A stretch of DNA of 64,000 nt from Pristiophorus japonicus (Eukaryota), in NCBI RefSeq assembly GCF_044704955.1, contig NC_091981.1, positions 24,738,001 through 24,802,000 of the forward strand, written 5' to 3'. Each line of letters starts with the position of its first letter. Within the stretch, counting starts at the first letter, position 1. The position numbers were made by a program, and so were the translations under genes. The notes beneath the pieces were generated by a model that saw only the letters and a list, made by a program, of their open reading frames with translations, did not search any database and was not told the origin of the DNA. This document shows, in pieces, positions 25,520-36,826 of this stretch.

Positions 25520-26480
25520 GGGCTCGACCTTCCACTTCAGATCGCTGGGCTAGTGCCCATATATCGCCCAAAATGGCAGGCTATCGCCCATTTTGATTAA
25601 AAAGTGGAAAGTTGGGCCAGAACAGCGCCGGAAAATTGCTGGCCCAACTTTCCTGTCACATCGTTGAGGTGATCGCCCGCATCGCCCAGCGCAACTTTCA
25701 GCACATCGCCCACACATCGCCCGGCTTATCGCTCACTGAAAATATCACTGGAGAAAAGCTGCTATTAACTGGCCTTCCTCACAGAACTCAACACTACGGA
25801 CGCCATTTTGAACATTGGAGGAAGTGAGGAGGCAGCTTACACAAGGGGCTTATCATTTGTGAGTTATTTAAGGGTCGTTTACTGATAGATCCACTCACAT
25901 TTATATTTATATTTATATGTATATTTATAATTTATATTTTATATTTTCTTTAGTATAAAGGGCATTTATAACAACAGTGATAGTGATAATAGTGATAATG
26001 ATGGAGCCTGTAGCTTCTCTACCATTATTTGGTAGATTATAACGAATGCATCTGCTATAACTTCCGCCATCTCTTTTCATACCCTGGGATGCATTTCATC
26101 AGGACCAGGGGACTTGTCTACCTTGAGTCCCATTAGACTGTCCAACACTACAGCCATACACACTTACAGTGCCTCTGAGCTCCCTCTCACTCTGTCTCCT
26201 CTTCTGCACATGTCATCATGACCCTTGACCTCCTGAATCGCGGGAATCGTGCGTTGCCATGCTGTTGTTAAGGGCGGCCACACTTTACGGCAGTAGGTCA
26301 AAAAACTTTAACGCTACTGCCCATTTGATATCGCTCGCGGTAGTGCCCATTTTCAAAACTGTAAACTAGGTGTTTTGAGAAAGGGCGATGAGCCGTTGAT
26401 CTGAAAACCCTTTTTTAACGCCCACGCCGGAAATAATGCCCATTTTTGGGCGATAAGCACAAAAGTGGAGGTTCTAGCCC
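25520..26480. mobile_element. Non-autonomous Harbinger deletion derivative containing a CR1 filler
   Basis: TIRs GGGCTCGACCTTCCACTT and AAGTGGAGGTTCTAGCCC. The right arm is the inverse homologue of 21349-21700. Confidence 0.82.
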
Positions 26481-26919
26481 ATAAACTCATTGATAGTTTA
26501 TATGCATCTAATAGTAATAGGTATCATGTCTCAATATCCTACGTGTAACTAGCAGTAATACTTTAACTCACTGATACTCACCCTGAAACCATCGCCAGAA
26601 CCCCCCTGCACTGCACCAGGTGAGGTCAGTCTCTCCAGTTGATGCCACTTATAACAGGCCCGATCTCTCTCTCTATCTCCTTGGAATCTGGTTTGGACTC
26701 CGGTTCTGTGTGAAGGTGACAATTCTGAACTGCGAACCTCAGTCTGAGCTGATCTGTACTTGGTCTTCACATGTCAAACCCGGTCGGCACAGACCAACCG
26801 GAACCAAACCGAGAGATTGCGCAAAGGGCAGTGAGCTGAGTGTTTGGGGCACTTCTCACAGGTCACATTGTCCTAAACTCAGCTCAGTACCAACATTTCT
26901 AAACCGCTCCATGTGCTCG

Positions 26920-28155
26920 GTCTCAATAAATGAGGGATGGGAACCTATGCAGGGAGACAGAGGGAAGTAGAATAGGGGCAGAAGCAAAAGATAGAAAGAA
27001 GAAAAGTAAAAGTGAAGTGCAGAGAAACCCAAGGCAAAAATCAAAAAGGGCCACATTACAGCAAAATTCTAAAGGGGCAAAGTGTGTTAAAAAGACAAGT
27101 CTGAAGGCTCTGTGCCTCAATGCGAGGAGTATTCGTAATAAAATGGATGAATTAACTGCTCAGGCAGCAATTAATGAATATGATATAATTGGCATCATGG
27201 AGACATGGCTCCAGGGTAACCAAGGCTGGGAACTCAACATCCAGGGGTATTCAACATTCAAGAAGGATAGACAGAAAGGAAAAGTAAGTGGGGTAGCGTT
27301 GCTGATTAAAGAGCAAATTAACACAATAGAAAGGAAGGACATTAGCTTGGATGATGTGGAATCTGTATGGGTGGAGCTGCTGAATACCAAAGGGCAGAAA
27401 ACGCTAGTGGGAGTTGTGTACAGACCACCAAACAGTAGTAGTGTGGTTGGGGACAGCATCAAACAAGAAATTAGACATGCGTGCAATAAAGGTACAGCAG
27501 TTTACATGGGTGACTTTAATCTACATATAGATTGGGCTAATCTAACTGTTGCAATACGGTGGAGGAGGATTTCCTGGAGTGTATGAGGGATGGTTTTCAA
27601 GACCAATATGTCGAGGAGCCAACTAGAGGGCTGGCCATCCTAGACTGGGTGATGTGTAATGAGAAAGGACCAATTAGCAATCTTGTTGTGGGGTGCCGCA
27701 GGGCTCAGTGCTGGAACCCCAGCTCTTTACAATACACATCAATGATTTAGATGAAGGAATTGAGTGTAATATCTCTAAGTTTGCAGATGACACTAAGCTG
27801 GGTGGTGGTATGAGCTGTGAGGAGGATGCTAAGAGTCTGCAGGCTGACTTGGACAGGTTAGGTGAGTGGGCAAATGCATGGCAGATGCAGTATAATGTGG
27901 ATAAATGTGAGGTTATCCACTTTGGGGGAAAAACACGAAGGCAGAATTTTATCTGAATGGCGGCAGATTAGGAAAAGTGGAGGTGCAACGAGACCTGGGT
28001 TTCATGGTACATCAGCCATTGAAAGTTGGCATGCAGGTACAGCAGGCGGTGAAGAAGGCAAATGGTATGTTGGCCGTCATAGCTAGGGGATTTGAGTATA
28101 GGAGCAGGGAGGTCTTACTGCAGCTATACAGGGCCTTGGTGAGGCCTCACCTGGA
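26920..28155 (+). mobile_element. CR1 LINE with a large internal deletion and 3' truncation
   Basis: APE region (CLNARSIRNK..MGDFN) jumps at ~27690 to [10 protein letters not shown], and ends at ALVRPHL where the minisatellite begins. Confidence 0.93.
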
Positions 28156-28912
28156 CTCCCTTTCTTTCTGAGCCCCCATTCCCCCTCTCCCCTCTCCCCC
28201 ATTCCCCAGTCTCCCTCTCCCCCATTCCCCAGTTTCCCTCTCCCCCATTTCCCAGTCTCTCTCCCCCCGAGCCCCCATTCCCCACTCTCCCTCTCCCCAA
28301 ACCCCCATTCCCCAGTCTCCCTCTCCTCCATTCCCAGTCTCCCTCTCCCCGAGCCCCCATTCCCCAGTTTCCCTCTCCCCCATTCCTAGTCTCCCTCTCC
28401 CCAAGCCCCCATTCCCCACTCTCCCTCTCCCCGAGCCCCCATTCCTCAGTCTCCGTCTCCCCGAGCCCCCATTCCACAGTCTCCCTCTCCCCCATTCCCA
28501 GTCTCCCACTCTCTCACTCCCCCATTCCTCAGTCTCCGTCTCCCCGAGCCCCCATTCCCCAGTCTCCCTCTCCCCCATTCCTCAGTCTCTGTCTCCCCCC
28601 TAGCCCCCATTCCCCACTCTCCCTCTCCTCGAGCCCCCATTCTCCACTCTCACTCTCCCCGAGTCCCTATTCCCCACTCTCCCTCTCCCTCTCCCCGAGC
28701 CTCCATTCCTCAGTCTCCGTCTCCCCGAGCCCCCATTCCTCAGTCTCCGTCTGCCCGAGCCCCCATTCCCCACTCTCCCTCTCCCTGAGCCCCCATTTCC
28801 CACTCTCCCTCTCCCCGAGCCCCCATTCCTCAGTCTCCCTCTCCCGGAGCCCCCATTCACCAGTCTCCCTCCCCCTGAGCCCCCATTCCTCAGTCTCCCT
28901 CTCCCCAAACCT
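28156..28912. repeat. CT-rich minisatellite, ~21-29-bp units (CCCCATTCCCCAGTCTCCCTCTCCCCGAG)
   Basis: More than 25 degenerate tandem units are directly visible. Confidence 0.97.
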
Positions 28913-29054
28913 CCACGTGGTCGCTGCTCTCGGCTGCGGTGATCAAGTGACATCACCGAGCCAGAGGTTCCACTGAGCAACAGCCGGTGAGGTCACGGAG
29001 CGGGGGAGGGGAAGGGAGGAACTAACCACTGGATGGCTAATCTCAGACTTGGTC

Positions 29055-29080
29055 AGTTTCACTTTCCAGTTTCACTTTCA
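29055..29080 (+). promoter_or_regulatory. Two abutting ISREs of the IFIT promoter
   Basis: AGTTTCACTTTCC (29055-29067) and AGTTTCACTTTCA (29068-29080) match the AGTTTCNNTTTCN consensus. Confidence 0.93.
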
Positions 29081-29116
29081 GGAACCAATTCCTCAAAATC
29101 AGGTGATCCCAGTGGC

Positions 29117-29124
29117 TATAAAAA
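29117..29124 (+). promoter_or_regulatory. TATA box of IFIT
   Basis: TATAAAAA ~37 bp downstream of the ISREs and 85 bp upstream of the ATG. Confidence 0.85.
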
Positions 29125-29201
29125 TATTCAGGAAGACAAACATTGCACAGTGTTTCGGCTGATCTGCTGACTGAAGTACAAGTGAAATCCAGATCACCAT
29201 C

Positions 29202-29206
29202 ATGAG
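29202..29206 (+). CDS. IFIT: IFIT coding exon 1 (ATG AG)
   Basis: accatcATGAG|GTCAGT. The phase-2 donor fits the acceptor at 33752 to give M-S-N-T-L. A near-ATG-only first exon is the canonical IFIT structure. Confidence 0.88.
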
Positions 29207-29599
29207 GTCAGTAATCACTTTGCTTTACACAACATTATTAGATGTACTGACATTTTAAGGAAATAACAGTGACATTGACCACGATATTAACGCAGAGACG
29301 GGATCAGAGTGCGGGTGAGGGAGGGGCGATGGCGGGCGACCAAAGCACAACATCGTGGAACGTGTGCAAATATCCTATTCAATGGGGATTCCTCTTTATC
29401 ATTTTACTTCCGGCTTTCGTGTCCCTAATGCACGTGAGCGGGCGTGACACTGACCTGCATGATGCGATTTCACCTCGACCACTGACAGGGCCAGTTCACA
29501 GAGGCAGTGGAGGAGGAGGTTTGCAGTTAGCTACATTGGGCTGGAAGGAGTGCAGGCAGAGTTATGGAAGGAAGGAGGACAAAGACTGCACCCAGGTTT

Positions 29600-30290
29600 A
29601 ATCAGGCGTCCCTGGATGTCATTGGAATCCTCATCTGATGAGGTGTGCTGAGCGGCTTGTTCCTCTTCACCTTTAGTTCTCGCTGCTGTGCTGTGTTGTG
29701 CAGAATGCAGCTCACCACGATTATGCTGGAGACCCTCATTGGTGAGCACTGAAGGGCGCCTCCAGACCTGTCCAGATACCTGAAGCGCAACTTGAGCATA
29801 GCAATGGCTTGCTCAATAACACATCAGGTTGACAAATGGCTCCTGATGTAACGCTCCTCAGAGGTATCATCAGGCAGGTTTGAGGGGGATATCCTTTGTC
29901 ACCTCGCCCTTAAGGCTGGTTCCAGGTCTGAACATGTTGAGGATTCTGGGCTGCCGCAGCATGATAGCACCTCCCAGGGAATCTGGCGCAGACCTGCATG
30001 AACCTTTTTTTGTGGTTACATACCTGCTAAACATTGATGTAATGGAATCCCTTGCGGTTGACAAATACTCCTGGTTAATCTGTGGGGTGCTCGGATTGCC
30101 ACGTGTGTGCAGTCGATGCCAGCCTGCCCCTGTGGGAAGCCAGCCAAAGATGTGAATCCGAGTGCCCGCTGATTCTGGCTATTGTCATCACAGGGGAAGT
30201 TTATATGCCTCCAGCACTGACAAACAACCCATCAATCACCTGCCTGATGCATTTACTTGCAGCCGACTGCGAGATCCCATGCATGTTGGG
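29600..30290 (-). mobile_element. Decayed Harbinger transposase fragment within the IFIT intron
   Basis: LKLRFRYLDRSGGALQCSP..SCILHN is a HARBI1-like C-terminal motif. Confidence 0.8.
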
Positions 30291-30820
30291 TTAGGGCTAC
30301 GTTTCACGTATTTGACTGTTTGACTTCTCCGTGACCCTCTCCCAGGTGTGAGGGGTTAATATCAAAGCCATTGATTTCAAACCCACTGAAATGAGTGGAG
30401 CTGGACCTATCTGTTTATAGCTGAAACATGTTTACAGCAAGGCAGCTGCCTCAGGGCAAACTCCTTCCTAAACCTGCCTCCCTGTGACTGCTGCAATGAA
30501 AATAGAACATTTCTCACAGCAGGAGACTGGTGACGGTGGAATTACTCACTCTCTGTCTCTCTCCACTCCCTGTATTCCCTCCCTCTCTGTGAGAGCTGGG
30601 ACTGGTGCATGCAATAGGTTCCAGAGGGTGGCAGTGTAGGGTTATTAGTTGCATGCATTGCGACTGTACAAATAGATTGTGCATTTTATAAAAGACACAA
30701 TCAGCAATCTCGAAGTGTGTTGCTAATGGTTACTCAAAGGATGTGCTGTTTTATAACAATAAACATGTATCATTGTCAGTGTGCCGCTGGTTTATGAAAA
30801 CAGAATCAGTCAACTTTCAT

Positions 30821-30975
30821 GTGAGTGCTCGGGGGAAGGGTTTGGGATCTGTCCCTGGGTCTGTGAGCACTCGGGGAAAGGGTTTGGGATCTGTCGCTGA
30901 ATCTGAGAGCACTCGGGAAGGGTTTGGGATCTGTCCCTGGGTCTATGAGCACTCAGGGGAAGGGTTTGGACCTGC
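30821..30975. repeat. ~39-bp tandem repeat, about 4 copies
   Basis: GAGCACTCGGGGAAGGGTTTGGGATCTGTCCCTGGGTCT units. Confidence 0.9.
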
Positions 30976-31099
30976 CCCAAGTTAATGTTGTCTGCTCTCT
31001 GCAGTAACAGAAAATGTGTCCAAGCAATGTCCAGAACTTTAAGTTTTTGCTGTCGATATTTTCGCTGAATCTTACACTAAGTTATGTGGCACAGTAAAT

Positions 31100-31950
31100 A
31101 ATACAGATGGGATTAGACAGTTGCAAAGGCACATTGATAAATGAAATGATTACGAAAAACTAGCAGATGGAGTTCAGTGTGGGGAAATGTGTGCTCATCC
31201 ACTTTGGAGCCAAGAAATATCGGAATATTTTCCAAATGTGACAAGCCTGGAACTGCGGAGGAGCAAAGAGATTTAGGGGACCATGTACAGAAATCATTAA
31301 ATCTAGTGAACAGGTACAGTAAATAATGAAAGGGGTGAATGGATTGTTTGCCTTGATCTCAATGGGGCTGGAATACAAAGGGTAGGCGTTATATTAATGT
31401 TGTATAAAGCTCTGGTTAAACTACATCTGGAGTAATGCATTGAGTTCTGGGCACCTCACCTCAGAAAGGATATATTGCTCCTGCGGCGGGTGCAGTGCAG
31501 ATTCATTAGAATTTTACCAGGGCTAAAATGGTTATATCATGAGGACAGCTCACATAGACTCGGCTTGTATTCCCCCAGATATAGAAGATTAAGGGGTGAC
31601 CTAATTAAGGTGTTTAAGATGATTGAAGCATTTGATTGGGTAGGTAGAGTAAAACAATTTCCTCTGATGGGGGAGACCAGAACAAGGGGGCATCAGCTTG
31701 AAGTTAGAACTCAGCCAGTCAGGGGTGATGTCAGACAACACTTCTTCACACAAAGGGTAGTGGAAATCTGGAACTCTCTCCCCCAATAAGTTGTTGCGGT
31801 TAGGCCAATTAAATATGTCAAAACTGTGATGATAGAATTTTGTTAGGCAAGGGTATTAAGAGTTACAGAACCAGGGTGGGTAGATGGAGTTGTGATACAG
31901 ATCAGCCATGATAAAGTGAATGGTGGAACATGTTCCTATGTTCCGACCTA
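31100..31950 (+). mobile_element. Decayed CR1 3' fragment
   Basis: RRLRGDLIKVFKMI..FFTQRVVEIWNSLPQ. Confidence 0.85.
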
Positions 31951-32197
31951 TGTTCATATTAAGGGATAATCGTGGATTTCTGCTGGCACTCATGAGCCAA
32001 TTGTTCATTTTATGTTGCCTCCAGGACCCTTACGGGATTTCTAGAGGTTTCCCCCAAACTGAGCGAAACCAGGCAGTCAGGCTGCAGGGAGGTGTTCTGT
32101 GCCCACGTGCACTGACCTGCACATCTGTTCTGCTATTGTGACTTTACCAGCATTGCTACATTGATTATATATGAGCTATAAATGTAAGTTAGATACA

Positions 32198-33718
32198 CAT
32201 AGCGGATGCATTGACAGTCATTTTCCAACATTCCACAGATTCTGGATCAGTTCCTATGGAGTGGAGGGTAGCCAATGTAACCCCACTTTTTAAAAAAGGA
32301 GGGAGAGAGAAAACAGGGAATTATAGACTGGTCAGCCTGACCTCAGTAGTGGGTAAAATGATGGAATCAATTATTAAGGATGTCATAGCAGCGCATTTGG
32401 AAAGAGGTGACATGATAGGTCCAAGTCAGCATGGATTTGTGAAAGGGAAATCATGCTTGACAAATCTTCTGGAATTTTTTGAGGTTGTTTCCAGTAGAGT
32501 GGACAAAGGAGAACCACTTGATGTGGTGTATTTGGACTTCCAGAAGGCTTTCGACAAGGTTCCACACAAGAGATTAATGTGCAAAGTTAAAGCACATGGG
32601 ATTGGGGGTAGTGTGGACATGGATTGAGAACTGGTTGTCAGACAGGAAGCAAAGAGTAGGAGTAAATGGGTACTTTTCAGAATGGCAGGCAGTGACTAAT
32701 GGGGTACCGCAAGGTTCTGTGCTGGTGCCCCAGCTGTTTACATTGTACATTAATGATTTAGACGAGGGGATTAAATGTAGTATCTCCAAATTTGTGGATG
32801 ACACTAAGTTGGATGGCAGTGTGAGCGCGAGGCGAATGCTATGAGGCTGCAGAGTGACTTGGATAGGTTAGGTGAGTGGGCAAATGCATGGCAGATGAAG
32901 TATAATGTGGATAAATGTGAGGTTGTCCACTTTGGTGGTAAAAACAGAGAGACAGACTATTATTTGAATGGTGACAGATTAGGAAAAGGGGAGGTGCAAT
33001 GAGACCTGGGTGTCATGGTACATCAGTCATTGAAGGTTGGCATGCAGGTACATCAGGCGGTTAAGAAAGCAAATGGCATGTTGGCCTTCATAGCGAGGGG
33101 ATTTGAGTACAGGGGCAGAGAGGTGTTACTACAGTTGTACAGGGCCTTGGTGAGGCCAGACCTGGAGTGTTGTGTACAGTTTTGGTCTCCTAACTTGAGG
33201 AAGGACATTCTTGCTATTGAGGGAGTGCAGCGAAGGTTCACCAGACTGATTCCCGGGAAGGCGGGACTGACATATCAAGAAAGACTGCATCAACTGGGCT
33301 TGTATTCACTGGAGTTCAGAAAAATGAGAGGGGATCTCATAGAAACGTTTAAAATTCTGACGGATTTCGACAGGTTAGATGCAGGAAGAATGTTCCCAAT
33401 GTTGGGGAAGTCCAGAACAGGGGTCACAGTCTAAGGATAAGCGGTAAGCCATTTAGGACCGAGATGAGGAGAAACTTCTTCACCCAGAGAGTGGTGAACC
33501 TGTGGAATTCTCTACCACAGAAAGTTGTTGAGGCCAATTCACTAAATATATTCAAAAAGGATTTAGATGTAGTCCTTACTACTAGGGGGATCAAGGGGTA
33601 TGGCAAGAAAGCAGGGATGGGGTACTGAAGTTGCATGTTTAGCCATGAACTCATTGAATGGCAGTGCAGGCTCGAAGGGCCGAATGGCCTACTCCTGCAC
33701 CTAATTTCTATGTTTCTA
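32198..33718 (+). mobile_element. 5'-truncated CR1 LINE ending ~35 bp before the IFIT splice acceptor
   Basis: RT motifs (GNYRLVSLTS, LDFQKAFDKVPH, GVPQGS) and a TTTCTATG tail. Confidence 0.95.
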
Positions 33719-33752
33719 TAAGATGGGCTTTGATTATTTTGTTCTCTTACAG

Positions 33753-35205
33753 CAACACACTGAACGATTGTTTGAAAGCGAAACTCGGCGAGCTTCAATG
33801 TCAATTCACGTGGGCCCCACAGAAAGACAGTATTGACTTGGAGGACATGAAGTATAGATTACACAATTTAATACAGGCTGGTGTGAAATATCAGGCCATG
33901 TCTTACAACCACCTCGCTTTTGTAAACTGTCTGCAAGGCAACTGTGAAGAGGCAATTCAAAACTTAAATGAAGCTGAAAAAATTCTGAGGGAAAATCATG
34001 AACATGAATTTAAAAGAAGAAGCATCATCACCTATGGAAACTATGCCTGGGTATATTATCACATGGGCCAACTGACAGAGGCCCAGTCCTACCTCGACAA
34101 GCTGGAGAGGATCTGTAAACAATTGACTGATGGCTCTCGGTATACAGCGCTGATACCTGAAGTATACGGGGAGAAGGGTTGGTCACTGTTGAGTTCTGCT
34201 GCTCAATACTATGAAGAGGCAAAGGAATGTTTTGAGAAAGCTCTGGAGGAAGATCCTGATGATACTGAATGGAATGCTGGCTATGCGACTGTTCTGTTTC
34301 GTCTGGAAGGAGGTCCTGGTATCTCAGAGAATGGTGAACCCAGTCAATCAGTGAAGCAGTTGCGACGTGTGCTGGAACTTGATCCAGATGACTCTGTCGC
34401 CATGGTGCTGTTGGCTCTAAAACTGCAAGAGTCCAAACAAAAGGAGAAAGCACTGCAATTAGTTGAACAAGCATTGCAGAAGTCCCCTGATCTTCCATAT
34501 GTAACTCGTTATGCAGCAAGATTTCTGAGAAAAGAAGGAGATGTGGAAAAAGCTATGGAGCTGTTGAAGAAAGCATTAAAAATTATCCCACACTCTTCCT
34601 TCTTACACCACCAAGTAGGTCTGTGTTACAGAAACAAAGTATATCAGTTGATCAAACATCCAGGCAGCAAAGACCCTCGCAATCCTGCTTTTCAACAGAA
34701 AGCTGAATTGATCAATCAATGCAAGTACCATTTTGAAAAGGCATTTGAGCAGAAGCCATCATTTATTTTTGCACGATTAGATTTTGCAAAAATCTGTTCA
34801 TTAAATGGGGAATATCTCAAAGCAGAGAAGATCTACAGCGATTTCCTGCAATTAGAAGATAATCATCCTGATAAGCAGTCCGTATATTTGCAGATTGGGT
34901 TATTTGAACTGCACCAGAAAAGATCGGAATCAAATGCCATCAACTATTTTCTGGAAGGACTTAAATTTCAACGTGACACAAAAGCTTGGCAATTGTGTCA
35001 TGAAAACTTGAGAAAGATTGCAACAAAACAAATTGACAGGAATCCCAGAAACAGCAAGGCCTTTGGTGTTCTTGGGTTACTGCACCAGCAGGATGGGAAG
35101 AAGTGCAAAGCTATTGAATGCTTTGAAAAGGCCTTGGAGTTTGATTGTGGCAATGAAGAATATCTAAGTGCTCTTTGTAAATTACGCCTTTCTATCAGTC
35201 AATGA
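33753..35205 (+). CDS. IFIT: Interferon-induced protein with tetratricopeptide repeats (IFIT1/IFIT5-like), exon 2; ~485 aa with exon 1
   Basis: Uninterrupted ORF with IFIT hallmarks L..LQCQFTW, YNHLAFV, ITYGNYAWVYYHMG, VYGEKGWSLL, AKECFEKALEEDPD and further TPRs. Acceptor TTCTCTTACAG| at 33752. Confidence 0.96.
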
Positions 35206-35233
35206 TGACTAACCCAGCTAAAACTAAACACAT

Positions 35234-36033
35234 TGGGTGGAGTTTCTGCTTTGGCGCAATTGGGAACTTAGTTGTAAATTACGCTACATAGGTTACAGTT
35301 CAAGTTTCCGCTAGAATGCATTTGCATACTCACAGACATAAAATCTTTAATGAACCAGCCTTTCACCTGCGGGAAACCTGATTTTAAATGACTGAAAATG
35401 ACTTAAAGGTAGATATACAGAACCATTTATTAGTTTCATTGTTGTACACTAGTCAGTTTGTAAGTAAATTAAATATAATAATTTGTAAAACTTTTAAATC
35501 ATGCCTACTAGTGCCCAGGGGCCTAAGAAAATGAGCTCAATTTGAAAACCCTCCTCAAACGGGCGCAATTGGCAGAAACTCGCCATCCTCGTTATTTCGA
35601 TCTGTGGGCGGGGCCAGTTTTGTAGATTTTTAAACCAGCGTTAAAGATCACGGAATACTTGATTTACGCTTGATGTAAATCTTGCTCGAGTTCCCGTGAT
35701 CTTTTGTGCTGGTTCGGCAGATTTCACCTGGATTGTACTGATAAAACGAGGGCAAATTAGCAGAGGCTCTATCCCAGTGTTTGAAAGATGCTGTGATGCT
35801 CTCTCATCTATGAACAAGTTTGGCAGGATACTCATCCAACTTATATTATTTAATATACACTGTTAATACTTTCAGTCGAAGCGGCCTTTTGTTTGTAAAT
35901 GCATCGATATTTGTGAGTACAGTCCCCACCGATTTCTCTGCTTTACACAGGATGGCCGGTATCACGCGTGAAGAAGGATTATTTTCTCTCTCTCCCTGTA
36001 ACGAGCCGCCCGCAGCTCCCTGATTTCTAGCCC
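35234..36033. mobile_element. Probable decayed Harbinger-type MITE in the IFIT 3' UTR
   Basis: Begins GGGTGGAGTTTC and ends GATTTCTAGCCCC, similar to the other Harbinger termini here. Confidence 0.5.
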
Positions 36034-36110
36034 CTTCAATGGAAGCAGTTAATTTCCATCGGGTGACTTATGGCTAAAGGATATAATAATAGATTTAAAT
36101 GGCTAAAATT

Positions 36111-36200
36111 AATAAAGCTTAATAGTTGCAGATATAGATTTTCCAACCAGAATTATTAATTTGCTGTAATATCAGAGACTGTGTTAAAATAACCAATAAA
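36111..36200 (+). terminator. Candidate IFIT polyadenylation signals
   Basis: AATAAA at 36111-36116 and 36195-36200; the second is followed by GT-rich sequence. Confidence 0.55.
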
Positions 36201-36640
36201 AAGAAACTGTACCTAAAATGATATTTGTGTTATTGATCTGTGCTAATGCTGACAGTAAGTGTCACTCATAGTCCATACTTTGTGATGGTGAACTGTACCA
36301 GCTCTGTAAGGAACATTCAGACCAGCCTTTAACACAGCTGTTGATTGTGGAGTGAAACATGGCCCTTGCACTGCTAGCTGTAGCCATAGTGCTATTAGAG
36401 AAAGGTTAGGAAGAAATGGTTGGGAAGGTCCAGAGGAATGGGACAATGGGAGAACCTAACATTGGGAGAGGCTGCAGACGCCTCACATCATATTTAGACT
36501 TATTGGTAAAGCAGCCCCTGAAGGGTTCAGCCCTTCTGTGAAGGTATTGTTTCAGCTCTGTGCAATGTTGGAAACTAATTTTTTAAGACATTGGAGATGT
36601 TACACAGACAGCTGAGGGACTAAATTGGAGAGCCCTGAAG

Positions 36641-36826
36641 ACATAAGAACAAAAGAAATAGGAGCAGGAGTAGACCATTTGGCCCTTCGAGCCTGCTCCG
36701 CCATTCAACAAAATCATGGCTGATCTACTACCTCAACTCCACCTTCCCGCACTATCCCCATATCCCTTAATTTGCTTTGTTCCCAAAAATTTAGCTACAT
36801 CTATCTTGAATATAATTAAAGATTGA
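36641..36826 (-). mobile_element. CR1 3' tail fragment
   Basis: acataagaac..aataggagcaggagtag terminus. Confidence 0.8.

Noticed and set aside
28083-28980. Gly/Arg/Glu-rich ORFs
   Set aside because: These are translations of the minisatellite.
30821-30975. CRISPR-like array (also considered for 44330-44465)
   Set aside because: Contiguous tandem units with no unique spacers, no cas genes, and a eukaryotic context.
33658-33752. N-terminal extension MAVQARRAEW..LIILFSY of the 515-aa ORF (looks hydrophobic or signal-like)
   Set aside because: It is CR1 3' UTR plus the polypyrimidine tract. The real start is the spliced ATG at 29202.
25246-35205. In-frame serpin-IFIT fusion protein by splicing 25413>33753
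   Set aside because: The serpin donor is phase 0 and the IFIT acceptor is phase 2. The splice gives 56 aa plus 27 out-of-frame codons, then TGA at 33834-33836. A chimaeric RNA is possible, but a fusion protein is not.
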